NCBI GenBank assembly: GCA_965153455.1
Contig: OZ234493.1
Coordinates: 12,762,213-12,826,212 of the forward strand
DNA from: Sphagnum compactum
Taxonomy: Eukaryota
Length of the DNA: 64,000 bases
Direction of reading: 5' to 3'
Part shown: positions 41,241 through 53,300 of the stretch, piece after piece
How the letters are laid out: each line of letters starts with the position of its first letter
Numbering within the stretch: position 1 is the stretch's first letter
The notes under the pieces: generated by a model
The model's input: only the letters and a program-made list of their open reading frames with translations
The model's database searches: none
Told to the model about the DNA's origin: nothing
Program-made: the position numbers and the translations under genes

Positions 41241-41789
41241 GCGGTCCACATAGTTCCGCTGGTGGTCAACGGCAGACAGCCTGTTCCTGGAGGCGGCGTT
41301 CACAACACATATATGCAATGTGATTTCAGATGGCGATTCTCGTGTACATTTTTCACTTAGCAATTCTGCATATGCGAAATCAAGCACATAGCTATTTTCC
41401 ACTCGGCAATTTTGCATCTGCAAAATTTCACCAGTTCATAGGCTCACACTGGGATCCCCCAAAAGCAGCCTGGTTTTCCTGTGAGTGTTTTCCTGTGCAC
41501 CAAGTCTCCATTACAGAAAACCAACCAATTTACAGTTTCTGGGACATCACCATTACTTGTTATTTACTCACTCATGTTGCCAAGAGCAGTGACTTTGGTC
41601 CTTGGAGATGTCAAACTCTATTCAGGAGCAGTGAAGCAGAGAAATGCTTAGTGGAATGCATCACCTTTGTTGCCCATTCTCCATCCTGGTTTTGCAGAGC
41701 TTGCAATGCATTGATCATGATATCACACTGCAGGAATGCATAACTACAATTGATCAGCCTCAAAACCTTGAAAGCCCTTTCACCATCAC

Positions 41790-42500
41790 TCATACATTGG
41801 AGTGGAAAAATAGCACCTCCCACTCCCCCAATCACGGTTTGTCTCTAACACCTGTTTACGGTATTTTTCGGAGATCCCATCCAAGTTTTCCAGTTTATCT
41901 AAAACCTGGATCTTCTGCTGCTTTAAAGCTTTGCATTCCTTTGAATAATGTTCATACTTCTCATTCACCTCTTGGATCTGCATAGAATATATGTATGCTC
42001 CTATCATTCTCCGTTAGTAAATTCAACCATGCTTGAGTCCTTAGAAATTGCAATTTTTTATCATGTGCGCTACACACATGTTGATGGAATGAGCCAAGTG
42101 TAAGGAATGATGTCTTGGGTTGCTCAAGATTTACATGAGTAAGCGCACCTCCTTGCTTGCCACATCTATCTTCACAAGCTCTTCTGCCCTTGTTGTGGAT
42201 TCTGCATCCACACTGCAAATCATCAGATTCATGCAGGCAATTCTTTTCCCACATGATTATTGCTTCCCAATGCTTTAAATCTATACAATAAACACAGCAA
42301 CTTACTTTCATGCGGGCAACTAGGACAGCAATACCCTCGAAATGTTCTTTCTCAATTTCTTCAATCTTTCTCTTATACTCATCCCGTAGTCTGATCAATT
42401 CAGCAGATTCCAACAGAAGGTTTTGCTCCCTCTCCCTGTAGCATCATACCACAGCAAGCATCTGTCTGTTTCTGTGTTACCTTAGAGAGCTCTTCTCACG
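41790..42500 (-). other. Spliced coiled-coil gene fragment(s) inside the Helitron 5' region (captured or accessory)
   Basis: ELIRLRDEYKRKIEEIEKEH... followed by a gtaagt donor; AEELVKIDVASKE followed by a gtgcgc donor; after a tgcag acceptor IQEVNEKYEHYSKECKALKQQKIQVLDKLENL. One junction is not phase-compatible. Confidence 0.45.
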
Positions 42501-42639
42501 GGCTAAAAACTGCAGTGCCCCTTTCTTATTTCTGTGTTAGTGACGACGCGATCAATACATCCAATCTGGTGGTGAAGTGCCCCTTTCTTACCTCTGTGTT
42601 AGTGACGACGCGATCAATGTCTATGCGAGGAAACGGGAC

Positions 42640-43010
42640 CTCGTTTCTGTCAGGTCGAAATCCGAGAGTGCTGGGCCGGGTCCATCTGTAACAGACCTCT
42701 CCCTCCCCCACCCCCCACGCCGGGCCCGGTCGGCTTGAACGCCGGGCCCCGTCACAGACAGACGTACCAGGAGTGCCGGGCCGGGTCCAGCTGTAACAGA
42801 CCTCTCCCTCCCCCACCCCCCACGCCGAGGCCGATCGGCCTAAACGCCGGGCCCCGTCACAGACATACGTAGTGAAATTTGTGTCAGGTCGAAATCCGAG
42901 AATGCCGGGCCAGGTCCAGCTGTAACAGACCTCTCCCTCCCCCACCCCCCACGCCGGGCCCGGTCGGCCTGAACGCCGGGCCCCATCACAGACAGACGTA
43001 GTGAAATTAA
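42640..43010 (-). repeat. Three GC-rich ~100-130-bp tandem subterminal repeats at the Helitron 5' end
   Basis: gtcca.ctgtaacagacctctccctcccccaccccccacgccg...gccgggcccc.tcacagaca.acgta repeated three times. Confidence 0.9.
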
Positions 43011-43019
43011 TAGATAGGA

Positions 43020-43319
43020 CTAGTGGGTACCCGTGATGTTCGGACACAATCCGCCCGTGCCGTGCCCAGTCCGCCCATGCCCGTGCCTAGTCCCGTGCCC
43101 AGTCCGCTCGTGCCGTGTCCGCCCGTGCCCAGTCCGTCCGTGCCGTGCCCCTCTCCCAGGCCCAGCCCGCCCGTGCCCAAAACAGACTGACAGACCAAGC
43201 CCTGTCACAAACAAACAGATGTAGTGTTGGGCATCGCCCGCTACTTCACCGGCCTCTCCCTCCCCCACCCCCAAAACCCCCGTCACAGACAAACGGACTT
43301 ACTGAATTAATATATATGA
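43020..43319 (-). mobile_element. 300-bp non-autonomous Helitron fused head-to-tail to the large element
   Basis: Minus strand A|TCATATATATTAATTCAG...tgtccgaacatcacgggtacccaCTAG. Both ends resemble those of the 7.6-kb element. Interior is made of ggcacg/ggactg repeats. Confidence 0.88.
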
Positions 43320-45003
43320 TATTCCTACCCATGTTATACGTGGTTAAAAGGTGTGCATTCGCACTCTTTTTGGTGTTAAGGACTCTAATATTAAGTCCCC
43401 TAACTAACACCAAGCTTAGTCATTTAGAACCTAAACCTATTTACCACTAAGGTTTTATGTTAAGTTAATATTCACTTAGTATATTAAATAATCACCCGTT
43501 TCACATTGGGTGCCACCTAAGATGCCACGTAGATTTTCACTTCACATTGACTTAACAAAAGGTGTGAATGGGTATCATAAATAAGTGTGTAGATAATATA
43601 AGTGATAACTAGGTATGTTCATAAGACACTTGATGCCTAATAAGTAGGTAGGTAGGGAGGTAGATAAACGGATATGGGAACTATGGTTAGTAAAGAGGTA
43701 ACGAGCATGATGGTTGACGATAGGACAAGAGTAACCCCTTGTTCACTCTCGTCATGTCGCCTAACCCCTTTCACCGGGCATCCAAAGCGTCACTGGACCT
43801 TGGCAAAGCCCTCTATTAAGTCTATGGAGTCTCACATGCGCAGACTTTTCAAAAGCTTTTGAAGTGGGCAATTTTTTCCTCTTTCTTTTTTTTTTCTTTT
43901 TTTTTCTTTTTTTTTTTCGGTTTTTTGGCATGTTATTTACAACCTGGCCAAAAGGAAATAAAAGAGATACCAAAGGTCCAAAGGGTTTCTTATTTAATTA
44001 TAAAAGTAAGGCCAAGTCGTCACATTGTGAGAAAAAAAAATCTAAAGTCACCATATTTTCCAACAAGTTGGAATTATAGGAGGAATCCCAAAGCTTGGTC
44101 TCACCATTTATCTCTAGACAAAACTTGCACATAATTGGTGTAATTATGCGCAAAGTGCAAACCAGTGTTATGAGCATTTTGTAGGGTTAAAACCGGGGGT
44201 TGAGGTCAAAGTTCTTGTGATCTGAACTCAAGTTGACACTCTTTGGTTGGAACTAGCACAAGAATCAAACCGTGGAACTAGTCTTTTGCTAGATCAAGAA
44301 TCAAAATGAGAATTGTGTAAAAAAAACATTCTTGAACATAGGGTTGAGATTATTTTTTTTTCATTTTCATTTTTTGAAAAGTTGATGAATTTTATGGTTA
44401 AGCTTATATTTTATTTCATTTTTGGCACAAAATGAAAAAAAATTAGTTAAGTACTAATCTCAATTAATTGTTGAGCTCCATATCTGTATAGACTCTTATT
44501 TTAATTTGTTGTAAAACTTTGCACCCATGGAGTGATTAGCATTGAAAAATGTGTAATGTGTACATGGCATTGGACCCCATTTTGGAATGGGACCCAGGGG
44601 TTCTTGAATTTGAAAATATGAGGGACTTTAAAATTAGAATAAATCATGAATACTACCCAAAATTAGTGAATTTATTACTAATAAAAATACTATATAATTT
44701 CTAATAATTATTTTACTATTATAGTGTCAAAACTTGGTTTGCCAAATTCTTTTTTTTGGTAGAACAAATAGTTTCAAACTAGGGCAAATATTAGTTTATT
44801 CTTGTTATAGAACAAACATCCTTTTTTGACTTTGGTGTCAAGCTTTCTTTCCTTTTTCAAGCCCCAAGCCATGCAAGCCCCCTGATCGATGATAACAAGT
44901 GACCGACAACAAGAACATTTCCCCAGAGGCTAATAATACAAAGTCAATGCCGAAATCATGAGTGAGAGTATCAACTTGTGCACCAGCACTTTGTCACACG
45001 TAA

Positions 45004-45383
45004 GAGCATCTCCACCGGTGCACAGTATGTGACTCAAGACAATAAATATTTGCCAAAAAGTCAAAATGTGCCGGTTTAACTCAGGAAATTGGATTTTCGG
45101 CACCAAATTCGTGCACCTTGCCGTGGCTGGTAAAAGGCGCGCAACACAGTTGTGTGCCTCGAAAAAAGAATGTAATAAATTGGACCTGATTGCGGCTCAG
45201 TATTTCTGATTGGTCGATCATAATGATTGGTCCAGGTAGTTTGCTATTAATAGTCCTCACGTATATGCAGTTCCAGTTAGAGGTTTACTGGTGGGGTTGC
45301 CAAAAAACAAAAAAAAATCATCTAAACTTAGACATTTAATTTTATTATCCAGAGTGACATACTGAGTACCGGTGGAGATGCTC
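45004..45383. mobile_element. Tourist-like (PIF/Harbinger) MITE, 380 bp
   Basis: Perfect 16-bp TIRs gagcatctccaccggt / accggtggagatgctc flanked by TAA on both sides (45001-45003, 45384-45386). Confidence 0.92.
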
Positions 45384-45672
45384 TAAGGTCCATGAAAGTG
45401 ATGAGAAGCAGCGCCAAGCTTTTTAATTCTACTACTAAGAACTTGGGGTGTGATGTCCTTGGAATATACAACTACTAGATGGGATTCCAGTCTCCCACCT
45501 CAAGTCCTGACACAATGAGGTAAGAAGGTCATCTAGTAGTATCTATGCTTGATCACTAGATCCACTATCTATTCTCAACTGATCTTGATAGCTCATTAAC
45601 TCTGTCCAGTGCAAGTGGTTTTGATCAATTCTATTGAGCTCATTAGTTGTTTTTTGTTTTCTCTTTTTTCCA

Positions 45673-45994
45673 GGCCTTGCCTACCAAGGCAAGGATGTTG
45701 TGTTTAGATTCATTATAGAGTATAGTAGCTTAAGGGATTTTTATAGGCCCCTAGGTATCTAATAGGTTTATTTTTATCTGAGGATTTTTGAAAGATGATA
45801 TTTTTGGCTTGTGTTGAAACTTGGAGATTAGTCATAGAGTTCTAATATCTTGAAGGATTTTGGTTTCTTTTAGAAGGTTTTTTTGAAGATTATATTTTTG
45901 CATGGTGAAATATTTAAGTTTCCATAATTCTTCTTTTGCCTTAAGATACTTTTTAATGTATATGGCAAGGCCACAGTGTGACACACCCCTTGTT
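45673..45994 (+). mobile_element. HINE-like repeat family, copy 5 (most complete)
   Basis: 5' ggccttgcc-taccaa-ggcaagg; 3' ggcaaggcc-aca-gtgtgacacac-cccttgtt; T-rich flanks. Confidence 0.9.
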
Positions 45995-47502
45995 TTGGTT
46001 TTGGAAATATATCACATCTGGCTCCTATTTGAGCACTTGTGGTGTTGAGTTGTTTACTGGTTGAAATGGCTGGGAGATCCATTTGGGTGAGAGGATTGCT
46101 TCATGAGTAAGATTTTGGCGATTCTTTTAAAGGGAATGGGGTTCATTTAGGTGTTAATTGGTTTTCCAAGGTGGTTGATTCTCACTACCAAGTTTAAAAT
46201 TTTGATAGGTTTTTGGCTATTATGAAAGCATAGTAGGAAAAATTTAGGTTACCTACTTTTAAACAGTAGAGACTCTAGTCCAAGAGTCCAAAGAAGCACA
46301 TAGAAATGAACATATATTTCGAGACTCAACCTTGCACAAGGGCAATGCATGAATCATGATGCAACCAAAACAAACATACAATTGCATAATGCTCATACGC
46401 AAAACTAAAACCCCAAACATACAAAAACAATCAATAATTAGTGATCATTTGTGAAAGGATTGAACCTTTCAAACTGCCTATTGCAACACAAGTATCTTGC
46501 AAAACAAACATTAACCAACAAATAGTAGAACCCAAGAAAAACATATTCTAACTTTTGCATCAAAAAATTGCATAGCTAAAAGCCTTAAACAAATCAAGCT
46601 CCCACCCCATACCAAGGATGCTATGCATGTGTTGAACCATAACCTAACCTAGCAAATCTATCTAATGCAATTTGGAATTGTTCTCCACATTAAAAAAATC
46701 AAATAGCTCTTTGTGAACCTCATATTGGTTTGGGTCATGCTATAAGGTTTGGATAGTTGAACAAGGTGGCAAATTGTATGAACTTCCTACTTCCCCCCCC
46801 CCTCCACCCTATTAACAACCAATTGTGCAACACTAATTCCCTACCCTTAAAGGCATAAGTAACCTCCTTTATGGCATGTTTATAGTCCTTACTAGTGTAT
46901 TAGTCCCCCTTCTTCACCCCTCTGAAAGTTGTTTTTGCTTTTTTACAACACACAAGTTTTGGAATGAACCTCATTTAAGTATTAATAGTTTTTTTTGTTC
47001 CACCCTTGAACAAACTTTGCACTTGACAATATGCACACATCCATAGGATCCATTTACAATTTGGCCCAAGGTAAGTTTGCCACCCATGAAATTTGGAGTT
47101 TCTGGATTGACTCATATAACAAATTTTTTTTCTTGGCTTTTAATGACAACACATGATCACCATGTGTAAGAAGAAAAGCCATAAACTTTGGAGATTTGTT
47201 GACAACAAAGTCTAAAAGTGAATACATTAGAGGACATTCCAAATTTGTACTTTTGAAATTATTAAAACAAATGACCAACACAACATTCCAAGCAATGAAT
47301 GCACCAGGTGTATGTGATTGCACTATTGCCACTTGAAATTGCAACATGAATCATTACAAGTAACCTAAAATCACTAGGGTTACAAGAAGAATAAAATTTT
47401 TGGAACTTGAAGTTTTGCAACAATTGAAGAGGAGACATATTCTTGATCTCAATTCTTGATTGAGAAAACGTGCAAAAGCTTCAAACCCCAATGTAAACCT
47501 TG

Positions 47503-47795
47503 ACAACATCGCTCAAGGATCACAATTCACAATATGCAACACCAAGAACTCAAAAGCTTACAACATCGCTCAAGGATCACAATTCACAATATGCAACACC
47601 AAGAACTCAAAAGCTTACAACATCGCTCAAGGATCACAATTCACAATATGCAACACCAAGAACTCAAAAGCTTACAACATCGCTCAAGGATCACAATTCA
47701 CAATATGCAACACCAAGAACTCAAAAGCTTACAACATCGCTCAAGGATCACAATTCACAATATGCAACACCAAGAACTCAAAAGCTTACAACATC
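47503..47795 (+). repeat. Perfect 57-bp tandem repeat, 5 copies plus 8 bp
   Basis: acaacatcgctcaaggatcacaattcacaatatgcaacaccaagaactcaaaagctt at 47503, 47560, 47617, 47674, 47731. Confidence 0.97.
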
Positions 47796-49631
47796 ATCAA
47801 TAGACTTAAGGAGATTGAACAAAATTCAAAACTCCAACTCATTGATTCAGAAAGAAAAACCTATAACTTATAGATTTAGACATTACAATTTGCCATATGC
47901 AAAGGGCCAAGAATTGAAAGTACTTGATACAAATTAGGTTTGTACCTCTTGAATTGCAACTTGCAAGCTCAAAAATCACATCAATGTTTGAATTCAAGCT
48001 TCAACAACCTCTAGCCTCCAAAATCCAAAGTGGTCATGGTGGCACCAAATTGTAAAATCTTTTCAAATCTTAAACCATTCCGTAACAAACTTGCATTCAA
48101 TGCCCATTACCCATTCAACATTTCCATGATCCATTGCTTCATAAAGTTAAATGCCTCAACTCACAAACTCAATGCTTAATGGCTCGTTGTCATTGTAGTG
48201 CGCACAAATTGCACACAATGCACATTGCACGTACAAGGTTCAAACGAGGTTTAAGCCTTGAAATTTTCATCTTGCAAGTGGGAGAATGAGTGGCAAAAAG
48301 AACCCTAAGTGGCTCGAATTGAACCAAAAGTTCACTTTTCCCCCTTTATTTTCAAGTGTATAGATGGTTGGCCTAAAAAAACTAGGGAAAATTTTGTGAG
48401 TTTTCACCCAAAAGAAAACATTGAAATCACATCTATCATAATTGTTTCTTTCTTCAAATTTGTGAAGTAGGTGAGTTTCACCAATGTGCTTAAGAGGACT
48501 CAGCAAAATTTGGCTATAGGTCAAAAGGGGAAGCAGTAGAAAATTTTAGGATTCCTCCTATAGTTGGCAACTTATTATACCATCCTTGGATTAACTCAGG
48601 CGTTTCTTGGAGTCAAAATTCAACATTTCCAGGGTTACATAGAGGCACAGATGAGATGCCTTACTCAAGAAGGTGAAGGTAACTAACCAGTGTGGAATGT
48701 AGCCAGCCAGGTTGAACCAGCACCCACACTGGTACCTTCACCTTTGTGGAGTGACACCTTTTAGTGGCCATATTCAACCCAGGAAATGTGAAATTTAGAC
48801 TCAGAGACCTTGCTTTAAACTAGTCTTAGGATGGGAGGTTTACCATGGTTAGAAGCTCAACCTAAGAGAATTCAGGATGTTTACCAGCCTGGTTCACCAG
48901 CCAAGTGGGTGGTTGGGTGGGTGGGTGGGTGCTGGTTCATTCTGGACACTCATTAATAAACTCAGTATGACATCATTAGTAGTATGACTTTTGACAAGTG
49001 GCCACAATTAGATAACACAACACTCAATGAACTTAACTCTTCAAAAAAGGAGTTAAGTTTGAGTTTGAATTAAAACAATATCTGTAGTAGAAAAGAGCTT
49101 ACTCACTCATCTCCAAAAGTCCAAAATAGCTCCGAGATTCCCACCTACAGCATCTGGTTCTTTGGCCTATTCTTAGAGCATCTGAGCTACTCACACCCTA
49201 AACCCTAAACCCTCCATCCAACAACATATAGTGTTAATTATTTCCTTCCCCCTCCCCACCCCCTTCCCCAATTCCACCCACAAAACTAACACTCAAAAGT
49301 GAAGAACAACACACATGAAGGTCCCAGACTATTTTAAATGTCACCACCAGCTCAGCCAAACCAAAATAGTAATTTCCTTCTACCAAGCTAACCCTAAACC
49401 CTAAACCCTAAACCCTCCCCCCTCTCTTGGAGGGCGCTCCCATCATCACCCTACTATGTATGTCTCCTGGGCATGCAATTTACCAGGCCCCCATTGAACT
49501 GAAATTCATACATGTCAAGATTCCATGTTGACAAAAAATAATTAACAACTCCAAAAAAAAAATAGACATTCTCACAAGTTAGAGAGAGAGAGAGTGCATT
49601 TTTTGGACATAGAATATCATTTTCCCAACAA

Positions 49632-49992
49632 AACAAAGGGGGGTGTGTGTCACACTGTGGCCTTGCTATTTACAGTAAAAAAAAGGGTAATATCTTTAGG
49701 CCAAAAAAAATAAAAAATGATGGAAACTCAAATATACCTATTTCACCATGCCAAAATATATAATCTTCCAAAAAAAAAATCCTCTAAAAAAAGAAACCAA
49801 AAAAAAAATCCTTCAAGATATTATTATAACTCTATAAATAACTAATCTCAAGTTTTTTCAATACAAGCCAAAATATCATCTTTCAAAAATACTCATATAA
49901 AAATAGACCTATTATTATTATTTATTATTAAAATCCCTTGAAGCTACTATACTCTTTAATGAATCTAAACACAACATCCTTGCCTACTTGCC
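49632..49992 (-). mobile_element. HINE-like repeat family, copy 6, just upstream of the receptor kinase
   Basis: Reverse complement of the family core; minus-strand 3' end gcaaggccacagtgtgacacacacccccctttgtt. Confidence 0.85.
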
Positions 49993-50361
49993 ATCATTGT
50001 TTTTGCAGGAAGAAGGTGCTTTCAGCTGCTGCACTTGTAAGTACTAGTACTACTACCTGCAGAAAAGAGAGCTCTTGATCCACCGCCAGTTCCTGCCCGG
50101 CTGCTTCTTCTTCTTCTACTATTAATGTCTAGATATAGATGCATGCTTGGAAGATGAGATCAAATCAGAGATACTATATTATCGGTGCTATACTGCTCGT
50201 CCTGAGTGAGCAGCATTTTGGTACGAGCGTATTAAGCTACAGACTTTCTTTTGCAAAGGAGTCTGGAGATCATAATTATGGGCCTTGACCACAAGCAGGT
50301 GTCAAGTATGTCTTTTGCAGCTAGCCGGATCAGAAACTCTACTACTGGGTCTGGCAGGATC

Positions 50362-53300
50362 ATGCAGTCGCGGTTTCAGACGATCACTCTCGCAGCGATT
50401 GTTGTGTTGCAGTGCTGCATTTACGTCCGCTTGACATGGGCCCAACCAGGTGCGCAGCTGGTCTTGATCGTCGTCTAGAGGCTACATATCTGTGCTTGGG
50501 AAAAACATATATATGCACTCTAGTAGATATTGATCATGCTCTCTAGTTATGCTGTTCTCGCTGCAATTTCTCTCCAGTAATTTGTAACAGATCAGAAAAT
50601 GCGGTGGTAGCACAGTTGCTCATGTAGATCATTCTTGTGTGAATCTGTGGGAAATTTTTGAGACTTTATGCACTCCTTGTGTGAATTCATCTGGAACTCT
50701 TGGAATAAGATTCTCTGTGAACTTCTTCCTCTCTTCTTTTTGCTTTTTTTTATAAATGTCTGTTGTTATTGTTGTTGTTGTTGCAGGGTTTCTGAGCCTA
50801 GACTGTGGGAGCACTTCGGCTACAGCTTACAACGATCAGAACAACATCACATGGGTACCAGACACAGGCTACATATTCACAGGTGAAGTCTACCAGAAGG
50901 TGCAATACCAGCAGACCTTCATCTCTGAGCCTGCTTGGGGCAGTATGCGCTACTTCCCAGAGAATCGGACCAAGAGTTGCTACGTCTTGCCTGCACTTCC
51001 CTCCCAGACATATCTGATCCGCGCCACTTTCTATTACTCCACCTTTCTGTCTAGTCCGCCCAAGATCATAGTGGAAGTCGAAGCCGAGTTTGCATGTTTG
51101 GTTGATTTCCCCAGCATTCTCCCTACTGCAGATCCAGTACTTCAATGCGAGGTGATCCTGTCTGCCACCACTGACACTTTTTATGTGTGCCTTGCACCCT
51201 ATACTCCCACGGACGTGCCTTTCATCTCTGCCCTGGAGTTGAGGGCTCTTGATACCACCAGTATGTACACCGATGTGCAAAACGCTTACATGTACTATTC
51301 CAAAAGGGAAACTTTGGGTACCTCTTTGAATGAGACAATCATCAGGTACATGTTCAAGCATTACTCTTCAATCACCACGTCCTCCTTATCACCAGCTCTG
51401 GACATGATTCTTTCCTGGACATGATTCTTTCCTTGACTTGATCTCTTCTTCTCAAACCCCAAATGAAAATAACTCATTAGTGGGTCTAAATTCTTGAAAG
51501 GTGTACCACCCAAGACAAAGTAAAAGCAGTCCTAAATGTAGTCCTATAAGTCAAGTGCTAGTTATATGTAAGGGCATTCTACCAGAGCTTGTTTTTCTAG
51601 CTGATTAAAAATCAAGCTATGGGCTTCAACATCTAAGTTGATTTCTTCCATTGTACTTTGCTTGGTTGATCTTTTTAACACCTTCGACATTATTGTTACA
51701 AATGAAAAAAATTCATGTTTGGGTTCATTCACTTGTCACACTGAACAAGATCTAGTGGGGATGATCTAGTGGGGATGTAATGAATTCACTGATCTAATGA
51801 TCAAAGACTAGTGAACTGCACCCACATTTTGTACTAGTGATGTAAAAACAATCTTGAATGTAATTCTATATACGCTAGTTATATACAAGCATTCTACAAT
51901 CACATCTTTGTTTTCTACTAGGTCATGATCAAGGTCCAGAAATTCTTTTCAGGTGTACCACTCAAGACAAAGTAAAGACAATCCTGAATGAACACAGGCA
52001 GTCCTGTATGTGTGCTAGTTAATATACAAAGTTCTGGCTGCTTCCCATTCTAGTGGGGCACAGCTTGTTTTCTAGCTCAAACACTGCTGGCTTCAGTATC
52101 TAGATCTTGGATTAACCAGCTGCTCGTGATCTGATTGTGTGTAGCATATAATATTTTGCTTGCATTTGGGTGTTAATGTAATTGATCCTGCAGGTATCCA
52201 AACGACAAATACGATCGGGAATGGTTTTCAAGAGATGTTTTGCAAGGAGCAACAGATCCAAATGCGTCGATAATCAACACAACCAATGCAGTAGTGGCAT
52301 CTACAGCATCAGATGTGGATATGGTACCGGAGTTGGCCATGCAAACGGCGTATGAATGGGCGCCAGGCACGGGTTTCAACTTCAGCTTTGCATCGTTGGG
52401 ATCAGACACCACGGTGAGGAACTATTATGTGGCGTTGTACTTCGCGGAGATCGATCCCAGAGCTGCCAACAAGAACGAATCGCGCATCTTCGACTTGTTC
52501 CTCAACGGCCAGCTCACGGTTCCCAACATCTCGGTGGCGGCTCTTGCGGGTGGCATGTATAGCACGCTTGAAATCAGTGTGAAGAACGTGACCTTCAGCA
52601 GCACTGGAACCATTCAGTTGATTCCTCATGTGGATTCCACTCTTGGAGCCATCTTGAATGCCTATGAGATCTACTTGTTGGCTGAGCCGGTGCCACTACT
52701 CACTGCTGCAGCAGATGGTAATCATCAACACAAACCCAATCCAACCCAACCCAACCATACCATTTGCATTGAATGATCATTAACAAACACATTTCTATGA
52801 TTCAACACATTTCAATGTACTAGAGAATCGCACATGTATCCAGCTAGAGATCACAGCAATGTTCTGGACCTTAGAAGTCCCATTCTGCATCTCATGAGTT
52901 GCATTCTGCACTCGCACTAACTCAGTCGTCTTGACTGCACTCTAGGTAGGGGTGCAAGCATTCCACCTCCTAGTACAGAATGCCACCCTAGCTAGATGCC
53001 ACATTCTGCACCCTAGTGAACCAGCACCCACCAGCACACCATGAAGGATGAATGAATGATAAGTGGTCAGGAAATAGTTTTCTGTTGGGTTCCAGTTCCC
53101 TAGCTAACCATGGTGATTAACTCAGTTTGCTTTTCTTTTTCTACCTACCTACTAACAAAACCCCACAAAAGCAGGTTGTTAGTAGGTAGGTAGTAAAAAA
53201 GCAGCCCTTATCTATGTATAAACCATCTACTTACTTTCCTAGTAGTTTAAACCTATTTTTTTCTAACCTATCTACCTATATACGAGACCTATTTTCCTAC

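Larger units (their letters stand above)
35391..43019 (-). mobile_element. Autonomous-type Helitron (rolling-circle transposon), 7.6 kb, coding frame interrupted by stops
   Basis: Minus strand starts TCCTATCTATTAATT at 43019 and ends ...tcacgagtacccaCTAG at 35391, followed by T. Encodes RepHel. Sharply GC-richer than the flanks. Confidence 0.93.

Noticed and set aside
42526-43450. Gly/Arg/Pro-rich ORFs at the Helitron 5' end
   Set aside because: They arise from GC-rich subterminal repeats and the mini-Helitron interior, and some cross element boundaries.
47460-47937. Three overlapping repetitive ORFs
   Set aside because: By-product of a stop-free 57-bp tandem repeat; no domain or splice evidence.
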